From Octopus sinensis (lineage: Eukaryota): 64,000 nt of DNA. Made by a program: the position numbers and the translations under genes. Each line of letters begins with the position of its first letter. The stretch's first letter is position 1. The DNA lies in NCBI RefSeq assembly GCF_006345805.1, contig NC_043004.1:69192001-69256000 (forward strand). Direction: 5' to 3'. The notes under the pieces were generated by a model. It worked only from the letters and a program-made list of their open reading frames with translations. It was not told the origin of the DNA and did no database searches. Positions 51,375 to 64,000 of the stretch are shown in pieces.

Positions 51375-52104
51375 ACAAGCCTTAATATGGGGCCTCCGAA
51401 TATTGCAAAAACTAAAGGGTCTAGGTTTGCTTCTATATGGTCACTCGACATACTATAAATAGCAGGAAAGTGATTCTCGAATCACACCCTGTCATTTCGG
51501 GTAGAGAAATAGACGCATTAGATAAAATAATCCGGTAACCACGAAAAAGAAGAGAAGGTCATCGTGGGAATGTCTTTCATCATGCATTCATCATACACGA
51601 ACTCAAACTGGGGCCGAGCCTATTTTCTCTTGGGACAGAAGATGAGAGTAAGCGTACCTTATTAATACATTATATAGAGTAGTGTAGCGTGATTCGCATA
51701 AGGACTCGAATTTGGCACTAAAGTTAGTATGTATGTAGTTTCGTATTTATGGAAACATCCAAGTGTAAGAGTTCGTATTTGTATATATGTAGTATTTAGT
51801 ATTTATGAGTTATTAGCGACATCAGTTCTTTTACTCACCCTAGAGCTGAACTGCATCTTCTTCTCCTGTCGCTTACCAATTTTATTAATTATTATGGCTT
51901 CATATGTGCGTATATAAAAGCTGTGGAAAAGAGGAGTGAGATACACACACACACACATTTATGATATATTGTGTAGCATCTTGGAAGGGTCATTATATCA
52001 ATAATACAAAAGTTAAATGTGTGTGTGTGTGTGCGCGCGTGCGTCTGTATATACATATATATACGTATACACACACGCATACCATAATATGAATATATAT
52101 ATAT

Positions 52105-52172
<68 letters not shown>

Positions 52173-52874
52173 ATACATAAAATTAATGTAAACAGCTTGG
52201 CGCAAAATATGTGTGTGTGTGTATGTGTGTGTGTGTGTGTGTATGCAAAATTATGTAAGAAGTTAAAGAGAGTATGTATGTAGATATATAGATATATATA
52301 TTATATACATACATGCATACACACACACATACATACATGTCGTGTGTGTGTGTATGTGTGTGTGTGTGTGTGTGTATGTGTGTATGTGTGTGTGCGTGCG
52401 TAAATATGTTAAAGAGATAGAGCAATATAAATGATGAAATATGATGTATTTTAAGCAAAGAAGATTAGAAATTGCAGTTTTTTTCCAAACCAATCAATCA
52501 CCAAAGATGAAGCTATAATGTCGTCATATGTATATTGTACATACGAAGTGCATTCCAAAAGTTTTGAGACTCTCTCTTTTTAGGAAAGGCAGTCACTACT
52601 TTCCTAGATTATCGTAATTTTAGTATATCTAATAAGCTGACATGCCAACTTTTGTTATTCCAGATTGAAGGAGGTGGTTGTAACAACACCATGAACACAC
52701 CCTGCCGAACACGGCTTCGCACAACTGACCAGTTTGCAGAATGCAGTTGGGACGTTTGGAAGCTAAATATGCGATAATGTTTTGTGTCTAACTGGGTAAA
52801 AAACGTTACGAAGACTTATAAAATACGCCAGGCTGTTTATTGATTGGATTCTTCACTGGAACAAGAGGTTCAAT

Positions 52875-52997
52875 GATACGTTCTTTACATTATTCAAGTC
52901 ACTGACTGGAATAGAACTCGGAAACTTGGGGTTAGTAGCTCGCGCTCTTAACCACTACGCCATATACCCACGTTCCGAGTTCAATTCCAGGCAGTGA

Positions 52998-53029
<32 letters not shown>

Positions 53030-53037
53030 TAATAATA

Positions 53038-53080
<43 letters not shown>

Positions 53081-53262
53081 AAAATACCTTAGGAATGAGA
53101 ACCCAGGTTCGAAATTTTCCCAAGACACCTGATGAAGGCTGGAGTGTATATCAGCTGAAACGTTGTGTTAACAACAAACAAGATGAGGACAAATATCCGC
53201 CGAATGTAAATAATGTAAATAATGTACATAATTCCTCATCTCTTAAATATAGAACTGGAAGT
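52875..53262 (+). mobile_element. tRNA-headed SINE-like element carrying a hammerhead ribozyme, with an inverted head
   Basis: Splits the mariner frame WNKRFN|SDRKEV with TTCAAT duplicated (52869-52874 and 53263-53268). Minus-strand A box TGGCGTAGTGG, B-box segments in both orientations, (AAT)n linker, HHR. Confidence 0.75.
53124..53169 (+). ncRNA. Minimal type-I hammerhead ribozyme (Penelope-associated type)
   Basis: GACAC / CUGAUGA-A / GGCUG-GAGUGUAUAU-CAGCU / GAAAC-GUU / GUGUU. The core is intact, helix III is replaced by the palindrome AACGUU, and cleavage is predicted after 53164. Confidence 0.8.
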
Positions 53263-53929
53263 TTCAATAGTGATAGAAAGGAGGTAAGAGACAATGAGAA
53301 GTGTGAGACGAAAAGGGGTGTCATAACTTCAATGATGGTTGAGAAAATACGCAATTTTCTGGAGGGAGACCTTCATCTATCCGTAAAGACAATAGGCATA
53401 CAATTTGGAGTTGGTGTGGCAAATCTAGACAGAATTATTCATGAAGATCTGAATATGCTCAAAATTGATGCAAAGTTTGTTCCGATAGAACTCAGTAACG
53501 AGCATTCTTGACAGAGATGGATATCAAAACTATTTCCCACCCTCCTTACGGTCCTCCAGGCGTTGCTCCCTATGTCTTTTTGTTGCTCCATAGGATGAAG
53601 GAAAATATCAGAGGCAGTCGTTTTGAACTTGAGGGAAGCTATGGTATGTGTCCTGGATACCTTTACAGTGGGAACTTCCATTGGGCCTTCACGAAGTGGC
53701 CTTCACAAGTGCGTCGAAGACAGAAAATTCTACTTTGAAGATTAAAGATTTGTATTTCTTTGAAATTAATTAGTGTCTCTCTTGAAAAAGTCTCGGAACA
53801 TCAGGAATTTGATAGTATCCATAGAGTTTATATAAATATATAGATGCCATAGAGTTTATATAAATAGATCGATGATACAAAATGGAATGAAGGACATTCT
53901 TTATTTAAAATCATTACAATTGTTCCAGA

Positions 53930-54210
53930 ATTTCCAAACTCTTTCAGGAGAGACATTTGTTTAATTTCAAAGAAGTACAAAACTCTAGTCTCCTTCTGAA
54001 GTAAGACCTTGTGACTTCAACGTACTTGTACTGCTCCAGCCATTTCGTGAAGGTCTCTTGTAAATTCTCCAAAGTGAAGGTATATAGGGTTCCTCTAACA
54101 GCCTCCATCTTTTCAAGCTCCTCAAAACGACTCCGTCTCAGGGTCTCCATCAGCTTAGGGATCAACAAAAGGTCACAGCGAGCAAGGTCTGGACTATAGT
54201 GAGAGACAGA
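53930..54210 (-). mobile_element. 3' fragment of a related mariner transposase
   Basis: HYSPDLARCDLLLIPKLMETLRRSRFEE...FTLENLQETFTKWLEQY...EVTRSYF. Confidence 0.85.
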
Positions 54211-55509
54211 TAGTTATGATACCCATCTCTGACAAGTATTTGGTTACCACGATGGAATTGGCACAAGAAGAGTTTGGTAAGATAAAGTTACCTTCTCGCG
54301 TCATACTGCCGACTCATAAGGACCGGTTCCTCACTTTCCATGGCCTATAAATTCCCCACCCGGACAGTACCCCGGTCCGTCGCAGGATTACTCATTTTTG
54401 CCATATGTGTATGTTTTTTGTGTTGGTTTGTTTTCATTCGTGTGTGTTTGTATATGAGTACGTGTGTATGTGTATGTACAAATATATATGTACACGCGTA
54501 TACACACATACCTACCTGTATACATATATTCATAGTAGTTTATGTACGCATGTATGAATGTGTGCACACGTGTAAGCTTATGTATTCGTATATGTGTGTG
54601 TACTTGTATATGTACGTATGTGTATTCGTATATGTGTCTACGCGCATACTAGTGTACACTGTATCCGTTTGTATATACGTGTGGAAATGTATATGTGTAC
54701 ATGTGTGCATGTATGTGCATATGTGTGTGCGTGCATATGTGCACGGGTGTGCGTATATATATATATGTGTGTGTGTCTGTGTATGTGTGAGCGCGTGTAT
54801 GTGTGTGCGTGTATGTGTGTGTCCATGCGTATATATATACGTGTGTGTGTGCGCGTGTGCATATGTGCGTGTGTATGTGTGTGTTTGTGTATGTGTGTGC
54901 GTGCGTATGTGTGTGTTTGTGTGCGTGTTTGTGTGTATGTATGTGTTTTGTGTGTGTGTGAGTGTGCATCTGTGTGTGTATTCATCTGCATTTGTGTATA
55001 CATATGAGTGTATATGTGCCGATTGTTAGATGCCTATTTTCATTTTCGAAAATTATTCCACTCAAGTGGAACGTATCTTTTAAAATAAGTTAACAATATA
55101 ATCTTGTTCCGCTTCATATCACCAAAATAACAAAACAACGCCATTCAAAATGGCTTCCACGATCGTTTTGTTCGCCATATTTAGTTTTGCTTTCTTTAAA
55201 TATTAAATTTCTTATTTAACTGTCAAGGCTCACACAACAATTTCCGACTTGTTTTACTAGAAGAAAGACAGTTTTGGTGCAGTATTTGATAATGTTGGTG
55301 TTGTAGTTGTTTTTGTAGATTTTTTATTGTTGTTTCTGTTGTTGCGGTTTTTTTTAGTCGTCCTTGCTGCTGTTATTTTGGAGCATTCATTTTAAGTGTT
55401 CTATTACTAGTTGTTATCCTGGTTGCTTTTGTTGTTGTTGTCGTCGTCGTCGTTTTTGCTGTTTCTTGAGAGTATTCTTTTTTCAGTAAAATAGTTGCAG
55501 TTGTTGCTG

Positions 55510-55830
55510 TCTTCTTCTTCTTCTTCTTCTTCTTCTTCTTCTTCTTCTTCTTCTTCTTCTTCTTCTTCTTCTTCTTCTTCTTCCTTCCCTCTCCTTTCTT
55601 CTTCTTCTCTTCTTATTCTTCTTTCTCCTCTCCTCCTCCTCTTCGTCTTCTTCTTCTTCTCTCCTTCTTCTTCTTCTTCTTCTCTTCTTCTTCTCCTTCT
55701 TATTCTTCTTCTTCTTCTTCTTCTCCTTCTTCATCATTTTCTTCTTTTTCTTCTTTTTTTCTTTTTTTTTCTTCTTCTCTTCTTCTTCTTCTTCTTCTTC
55801 TCTTCTTCTTCTTCTTCTTTTTCTTCTTCC
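55510..55830. repeat. (CTT)n-based polypyrimidine tract
   Basis: Direct reading. Confidence 0.97.
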
Positions 55831-56049
55831 AATCAGGACTCACGCCATTAGCCACAAAGAATAATCTCTAATTCGAGCCTACTCTAGGCTACTAAGAATG
55901 CGTGTAGCAACTTGAAGATCCACCCACCACACTTGATAGACTGGCGGTTGCACGGACGCGAAAGCTACGTTGTTATCCTCATTCCGTAAACGGTGGCTAT
56001 TTTAAGGGTGGAGAGCTAAACCATCCAGGGGTACAGAGGATTCGCAATC

Positions 56050-56320
56050 TAGACTAGGGTCTGAAAGTTTACCACACCATAGTGGGTTACACCATGGTTC
56101 CTCTGCTTTGGTTCTTCTGCTTTGGCAGAAGTAGGAAGAAAGAGTAAGAGAAAGTTGTGGTGAAAGAGTACAGCGGGGTTCACCACCCTCCCCCGCCGGA
56201 GCCTCGTGGAGCTTAGGTGTTTTCGCTCAATAAACACACATGATGCCCGGTCTGGGAATCGAAACCGCGTTCTTACGACCGCGAGTCCGCTGCCCTAACC
56301 ACTGGGGCCATTGTGCATCC
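56050..56320 (-). mobile_element. SINE family C with a third tail type
   Basis: Reverse complement of the family C head and body over about 56130-56320. The tail is unrelated to the other two copies. Confidence 0.87.
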
Positions 56321-57249
56321 ACGTTGTTGCTGTTGCTGCTGCTGCTGCCGCCGCTACTGTTGTTGTTGCAGCAATGCGTCCTTCTTTCTCTTCTAAGACG
56401 CAAGACGGTAATTTCAGGGTGGGTGGCGAATTTGGCTGATATTCCAAGCAAATGGAGTGTCTTTCGTTGACACATACAATGTTGCTTTCATCGTTGTTGT
56501 TACTGTTGTTGTCAATTTGGAGGTACTGGCGGTGGCCGTTGTTGTTGTTGCGGTAGTTGTGATGGTGGTGGTTGTGGTTGCTGTTGTTTTAGACTATTCA
56601 CTTTTAGCGCTAAAATAATCGTTGATGTTGTTATTTGGCCTCTTTGGTCAAATCAATTGTCGTTGATTTGTTTGTATCCGTCGTCGTTGCTGTAGTTGCA
56701 ATTATTTTGGTCATCGTAATCATAACCGTGGTCGTCGTCGTCGTCGTCGTTGTTGTTGTTGTTGTTATTTAACAGATGATCTAATACAATCGGAGTGGAC
56801 CAGTCATAACACTGAAAGAAAGACGTAATTCCAGTACACAGGAGAAATGGTCGTCTGTAACATCTAATCAAAAACACGCGACAATATGGCGTCTTTCTGA
56901 CACCACATATCCTAACGCATTATCGCACTAGACAACGTAGCAGCCTCTATATAATCATTCAGCCTGTTTGATAAAGATAACAGTCAAGTCTTCCTCAAAT
57001 AATACCTTACTCGCTTTTTCTTTTTAGTTAGGCTATGAGTGAGTGATGTGCTTCAATAGAAACGACTATTAGCGCACAGCCTACCGGTCAGAGACAACCT
57101 CAAGCACAATAATAATTGTAAGATATTTTGTGAACATAATTATCCTAATTATTACCTTATCGACACCCGAGTGGACGTAACAAGGTTCAATCTAATCAAA
57201 AGGAGATTAATAGTAGAAGAGTTTATGTTACTATTCCCAGTGTAAGGAT

Positions 57250-57830
57250 GGTATGTGGTCAAAGCAAATCAACATCAAGGCGGGATCAACAAATTTTGAC
57301 CTTTCACTGCATTCTCGATCTCATTATAATTAAACCGTCTTGGTTTTCGATTAAAAGTATTGATATTTTGTGTAGCTTTGATATCATCAGGCAAACCATT
57401 GTACACAGAACATGCAGCAAAATCTAACATGTTCTCTGATATATTTCGACTAATCCCATCAATGAATATTTTTTTCTGATTTCTGTTTTCCTTACCATTC
57501 ATTTCGAAGTTGGTCATTTTCCTCGATAAGAAAAGCATGTATGTATCAAGTTGGGTTTTATGATCAAATAATGATAGCTTTTTCTTATCAAAGTGGAAGA
57601 TATTTGAAATCTTGTAGTTTTTGAAAAGGGGACTGGTATGTGCTAAACGATGCGTTCCTTCTGATATTCTCAAGAACTGTTTTTGATAAAGTAAAATTTT
57701 GTTGGTTAAATAATTGTGCTTATTACACCATACCATATTTGAATAAATCAACGTCGGATATATCATCGAACTATAGAGAAAAATGACTTAACCATAACAT
57801 ACAGGATATTCCTTAGCAACAAAGGCAGTA
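57250..57830 (-). mobile_element. 3' fragment of a Crack/Daphne/L2-group LINE (RT C-terminal region)
   Basis: MIYPTLIYSNMVW...LLYQKQFLRI...AHTSPLFKNYKI...VYNGLPDDIK...NTFNRK. Confidence 0.8.
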
Positions 57831-58774
57831 TTAATGCTACTGAGAGGTAATATTTATCGCAACTTGAACGTGGATGTTCTGCAGAAGAAGAATTTATACT
57901 GCGATAGATACCATGAGAGATGTTCTGATACTGGCTTTTAGTGCTAAAATGCACTTTTGTTTATACCACTAACGTGGAGATAAATCCCCTCCATTTCCAG
58001 CGCTGGGACCTCCAGATCATGTGATTTCGATCTTCTTTGGTCTTGTCACTGATGGAAGCTTAACCGTTAGAGATAGTATCGACTCATCTCTCTGCCAGCA
58101 ATATTTAATAAAACAGTGCCAGAACAGGCTCTGGTGTCAGGATTAGCCAGTGAGCTTGTTAAAAATACGTATTAGTGAAAGAGGCAGTAATAATACCCAA
58201 AGATAATATTTATGCCCACTTAAACATCGATGTTCTGTTAGAACAATCTATACTGCGGAAGATGCCACGAGAGAAACTCTTACATTGGCTTTTGATGCAA
58301 AATGCACTCTTTTTAATATCGCTCACTGGTAGATAAATCCCGCCACCCCCATCAGTCTCCACCTCCACACCGCCGTACCTTTAGGATTTCTACTCGTAGA
58401 AGGAAGCGGAATGACTACGCCCGGAATGCCTTCCATCAGATCTTACTTGGGGTTAAACAACAATAACAACAACACTATTATATAAAATCTACGGGTAACC
58501 TGCTGGTAGCTAGAGCAGTTTGTAAATAATTTAAAGTTAACAGGTGTTTTAGCGAGGCTGTATTTCACTCCAAAGAGTATGAAAGACTATCTTTTGGAAG
58601 CAGAAACATTATTGGTATCTGAAGAATGTGGGGTTAGGGTTAGGATAGGGTTGGGTTGGGTTAGGTTGGGTTGATTTTCGGGGTAAGGGTCAAATATTTG
58701 TGTCGAGCCAAACATTTGCAGTGTCGAAGACCTGTAAGAAACGTGATGTTTTGGAACTTTATGCATTATTTATT

Positions 58775-58882
58775 GATGATGATGATAATGATGATGATGA
58801 TGACGATGATGATGATGATGATGATGATGAGAAGAATGATGATGATGCTGCTGCTGCTGATGCTGATGATGATGATGATGAC

Positions 58883-58923
<41 letters not shown>

Positions 58924-59700
58924 GGAGGAGGAGGAGGAGGAGAAGGAAGAGGACAATAATGGTGATGACATGATGATAACGATGATGATGACGTTGACGA
59001 TGGCGACGACAATGACGGCGATGGCGACGATGAGGAGAATGATGATGATAATATTTATGATAATGGTGATGATGAGGAGGAGGAGGACGTGTAGGGGGAG
59101 AAATAAAAGAGGGAGCGGAATGTGAAAGGATAGGTATGTTGCTGCTGCTGTTGTTGTTGTTGCTGTTATTTTTGGTGGTAGTGGTGGTGGTGGTAATGGT
59201 GGTGATGATGATGATGATGATGATGATGATGACAGCGGCAGTCAGGAAAATGATGCTGGAGGTGATAATCATAGTATTGATGGTATAAGTGATGGTAGTG
59301 CACAGGTGGTAGTAGTGGTGATGGTTGTACGGCAGTGGTGGTAGTGGCAGTGGTGGTGGTGGTGGTGGTGGTGGTGGTGGTGGTGGTGGTGGTGGCTGTT
59401 GATGCTTTGGTGGTTGTTGTGGTGATGCTTGTAGTGATGGCAGATGTGGCCGTGGTAGTGGAGGTTGTAGTGGTGGTGGTGTTGGAGGTAGTGGTGGTGG
59501 TGGTGGTGATGGTGGTTGTTAGTGGTGGTGGTGGTGGTGGTGATAGTAGTGGTGGTGGTTGTTGTCATGATGGTGAAAGTAATGTTAGTGATGACAGTAG
59601 CAATGACACATCTGGTGGTGATGAGTGCAGTGGCGAATGTGGTGGTGGTAGTTGTAGTTGTGGTGAGTGTACAGGTGGTAGTGGTTGTGGTAGTTTAAAA
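58775..59700. repeat. Long compound (GAT)/(GAG)/(GGT)/(GTT) microsatellite field
   Basis: Direct reading. Source of the poly-D/M/V/H ORFs. Confidence 0.95.
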
Positions 59701-59898
59701 TACCTAATTTTTTGCAGTAGTGATGGGGTTCTTTACGTTAGCTGATCGATTTTTATTTGGCAATCTGAAAGCCTCTACGACCATGTGACCAATAAAGTAA
59801 CAGCCATTATCATTATTATTATTGTTGTTGTTGTTGTTTTTGTTGTCGTTGTTGTTGTTGCTATTGTTGTTGTTATTATTATTATTATTGTTATTATT

Positions 59899-60105
59899 AA
59901 GGCTGCGAGCTGGCAGTAACGTTAGCACGCCCTGCGAAATGCTTAGCTGTATTTCGTCTGAGTTCAAATTCCGCCGAAGTCGACTCTGCCATTCATCCTT
60001 CCGGGATCGATAAAATAAGTACTAGTTGAGCACTAGGGTCGATGGAATCGACTTAACCCCCTCCTCCAAACAAGCTTACCTTGTGTCAAAATTTGAAATC
60101 ATTAT
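59899..60105 (+). mobile_element. SINE family A
   Basis: Family A head and body between TTA/TTG repeats. Confidence 0.88.
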
Positions 60106-60391
60106 TGTTATTATTATTCAGTAGTCTTATTCTTATCAAGTGCTTTCACTGCACTACCGAGCGCAGCCCTGTGTGCCTTGGGTATGTGCTGTGGCTTGCT
60201 GTGGTACTCTTATATTCATTGTATTGAAAGTGTTCTACGTAAGATTTTTAAGGTGCCTAGTAGTGCTATTTCTTGTATGTTATATATACTTGTTAGTTCT
60301 GGTGTTTTTGTTATGTATTTGTCTGAATATTTTTTATCATATTTAATGCACCTAGGCTCCACATTCGAGTTACCTCTATTTTCAGATATTA

Positions 60392-60452
<61 letters not shown>

Positions 60453-60548
60453 TTATTATTAATATTATTATTATTATTATATATTATAATATTATATTAT
60501 ATTATATTATATTATTATTATATTATTATTATTATTATTATTATTGTT

Positions 60549-60760
60549 AAAGTCGGCAAGTTGACAGAATCGTTAGTACGCCGGACAAAATGTTTAGCGG
60601 CATTTCTTCCGGCTCTTTACGTTCTGAGCACAAATTCTTACAAGTCGACTTCGCCGTTCTTCTTTTCGGAGTTGATGAAGTCCCAGTTGAGCACTAGGGT
60701 CGATGACATGAACTTGCCGCTTCTCACCAAAATTTCAGGCCTTAGTAGAAAAAGATTATT
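60549..60760 (+). mobile_element. SINE family A
   Basis: Follows the (TTA)n tract at 60390-60545. Family A body, with tail TAGTAGAAAAAGATTATT. Confidence 0.83.
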
Positions 60761-60822
60761 ATTTATCATCATCATCATCATCATCATCATCACCATCATC
60801 ACCATCATCATCATCATCATCA

Positions 60823-60859
<37 letters not shown>

Positions 60860-61063
60860 CCATCATCACCATCATCACCATCCTCCTCCTCCTCCTCCTC
60901 CTCCTCATCATCATCATCATACTCAAGAATCGCCAAACCGTTTGAAGAAATGCTTTGCGGTAGTTGTTCCGGGTCTTTCCGAAAACTCATGAGGGGTGAG
61001 CTTGTGTGTGTCTATTGTATGTCTCTACGTTTCTTTGTCGTCTCCCTGTGCCACACTTTTGTT

Positions 61064-61158
61064 ATATACCCACAATTGTATTCACCCATATTAGCATATG
61101 CCCATAGATGTATAAACCCATAGATTTATATACCCGCAGAGGTATATTCCCATAGGTT
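61064..61158. repeat. Short degenerate minisatellite (about 19-bp unit, TATATACCCATAGA-like)
   Basis: About five consecutive TA.ACCCA.A variants. Confidence 0.6.
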
Positions 61159-62193
61159 CCACTAACTACGTTCTTTATGGTTTATGTTATCCATAAACTT
61201 TGATTTCCTTTTTAAGAACGATGAAAGCCACACTAAAGTTATATTGCTACGATTTGTCATGATTTCTTATTTACACAGGAAACGGATGTTCCACGCAGTT
61301 TTATGATCCCGTTTTCCCTCCAGGTTCTTAGTAATCGTGTAAAAATAAATAAGGATATTCAATCTTACATATGACATTCAGAGACAGACAATTATATTGA
61401 GTATTGTACGGTACTTCTCAGTATCATTGGTTTGGCTAGTCTTGAGTTTAAGGATGAGGACTATTAAGAAAAACACATATTTCAAAATATCTTGTGTGGT
61501 CTTATTGCTTCTTTGGATGGTACTGTTCTGCGTCGGTTCCACCGAAACCCCTAGAAGACCAATTTAGTGTCTTTTTGAAAGAGTCTCTTCAATGCTCTTT
61601 TATACGGTGCAATCCTAAATTTTAATTCCTCACACATTTAAATTCTTTATAGATATCTAGTGTTATCGCTGTTGCAATCAGTGGTGCACGGTTTCAAATT
61701 TCGTATTCCGAAATCATTTTCATAATTTTCCATTTTCTTACTCTTTGATGTTTAATACAGGTGTTTAGTGTATTATATTTCATGACTACAAACAAAAGTA
61801 AAAAGTAAATGCATTTTTTATATATCCACCATGAGTCAATTCAATCTTTCCTTGTAAACCATGCACCCATCCTGTTTTAAAACATTTTAATGTACATAGC
61901 TTGAATTGTTCTATCATTTCCTTTCGGTGTGTCGGCAATTTGATTACAGATACATCATTTAGTATTTACGTGATTTAGAGTCAAACTGGTGGCCTCTGCA
62001 CTTTCTGACTTGGATTTGCTCAAACAGTTTCTGGTTGAGGGCGATGGTTGATTAGAGTGTCCCGAGTTATTTGTTGCGATTCTTTGCCCTATGAGTTCAC
62101 ATCCCGCCGAAGTCAATTTTGCCTTTTACTTCCCGTGTTCGATAAAGATAAAAAAGAAGCATCATTCCAGGACGATGGATTGAAGGCACTGTT

Positions 62194-62612
62194 AGGCGCA
62201 AACGTGGCTGTGTAATAAGAAGCTTACTTCCCAACCACATGGTTCCAGGTTCATTTCCACTGTGTGGCACCTTGGGCAAGTGTTCTACTATGACCTCGGG
62301 CCGATGAAAGCATTGTGAGTGGGTTTGGTAGAGGGAAACAGGAAGAATCCCGCTGCATCTGTATGTGTCTGTGTGTATGTGTGCGTGTGTGTTTGTCTTC
62401 GTGTCTGTGTTTGTCCCCCACCACCGCTCGATAACCAGTATTGGTGTGTTTATGTCCCCATAAGTTAGCGGTTCAGCAAAAGCGACCGATAGAATAAGAA
62501 CCAGTTTTTAAAAAATACTTCGGTTGATTCATTCGACCAAAGATTCTTCAAGGCAGTGCCCCAGCATGGTCGCAGTCTAATGACTGAAACAAGTAGAAGC
62601 AAAGGGAAAAGA
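62194..62612 (+). mobile_element. Full-length SINE family B
   Basis: AGGCGCAAACGTGGCTGTGT... through ...ATGACTGAAACAAGTAG. Confidence 0.9.
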
Positions 62613-63204
62613 ACAAAAAAGAGGCGGGAAAGATGTCTTATAGTATGTTTTCCAGTCCTTTACGTCTTGGCTGCAACGACTGCGATGTTGCCGCTGTCAA
62701 ACCGATTGCCTTTCCTTAGACAAAGGAAACTCGAAGACATGGACAACAACTGTGAGTCTTCTTGAAATATATAAATAAATAAATAAATAAATAAAAGATA
62801 ACTGCGCGCAAGCTTCCGCCTACTGTACAGAAGCGTCGCCATCCTTAAGGGACGTAGCGCCATCATCATGGTTAACTCTACCAATTTCTAGATATGAATG
62901 GATTTTGCATATTTGTTTCAAATAGGGATTTAATTTTCCTTTAAGTTTAATATTGTAACTTGGTCAAATACCTTTATTTTATAAAGTCCAAAGATAGGTA
63001 ATGACATTTCATGTTAGATGAGTTATATAAAATAATGTAGGATGGAGGTGGAATTGTGTGTGGTGTGGTGTGTGTGTGTGCGTGGTGTGTGTGTGTGTGT
63101 GCATATAAACGTATTCATATTTACATATACACATGTATATAATATATACATATATGTGGTTAGTTAGGTAGATACATAAATAAATAGAGAGGTAGACATC
63201 TTGT

Positions 63205-63445
<241 letters not shown>

Positions 63446-64000
63446 GCATACATACACACATACTTTCATACATACATATTGATGTAGGCACGGTTAGATG
63501 GTTAAGAAGATCGTCTCACAAACATGAAATCTCGGACTTGGGTTCGATATCACAATGTGCTATGTTGAATAAATGCCTCTACCATGGTCTCAGCTTGATC
63601 CAAACCTTGTGATAGACTCTGAATAAACAAATATTTTCGGAGCCCGTCTGATGGATTGTACCTAGAATAATGGTATAGCTTGTATGTGTACCGATGTGTG
63701 AAGCCACTGAATTTGCTGCCCTCCGCTGGGTTCTACACAGCTTATACAAGCTTAAACGGCAGATCCAAAAGTGAACGCCGCCATAAAATCATCGTTCTGA
63801 GCGGACCGCCTTTTTGTCTCCCACTCCTACGCTACTGACCAATAATTCAAAGGTCTGGCTTTCAATTACATGTTTGCATGTAATTTAGTCTGAGTGGACT
63901 AAATTTCATCTTCCCATACAGAAAATTATTCAGTTTCCAACAACTATTATGTCTCTACAAAGAAAAGATAAAACCCAAAAGGAGATCACAGCTCCTACTT

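Larger units (their letters stand above)
52542..53800 (+). mobile_element. Decayed, internally deleted mariner element interrupted by a hammerhead-bearing insertion
   Basis: Left TIR TACGAAGTGCATTCCAAAAGTTTTGAGACT. Transposase pieces KYAIMFCV.LGK, VEKIRNFLEGDLHLSV...KIDAKFVP and HPPYGP..VAPYVF. Partial right TIR AGTCTCGGAAC. Confidence 0.85.

Overview
Eukaryotic, AT-rich DNA dense in microsatellites and transposons. The SINE families and repeat landscape look like an octopus (cephalopod) genome; this is inferred from pattern recognition, not a search. No complete host protein-coding gene is visible, and almost all supplied ORFs are microsatellite or transposon artefacts. Retroelements: a decayed R4/Dong-clade RLE LINE plus a second Dong-like 3' end, two young 5'-truncated RTE LINE copies, a Crack/Daphne/L2-group LINE 3' end, and many tRNA-derived SINEs in about four families. 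DNA elements: a near-complete but broken hAT (Buster-like) element nested in a DD37D/maT-type Tc1-mariner, mariner fragments, MITEs, a head-to-tail Helitron dimer and a Helitron helicase remnant. The most interesting signal is a set of minimal type-I hammerhead-ribozyme motifs of the Penelope-associated kind. They lie at 53124-53169 (intact core, inside a tRNA-headed SINE-like element), 45143-45201 and 4404-4446, with decayed relatives at 20321-20368 and about 8905-9010. Also notable: a triplicated 93-nt splice-site-bounded exon-like unit (43259-44572), an inverted self-duplication at the hAT right end, a (TAA)n-targeted insertion hotspot and a 121-nt near-perfect hairpin.
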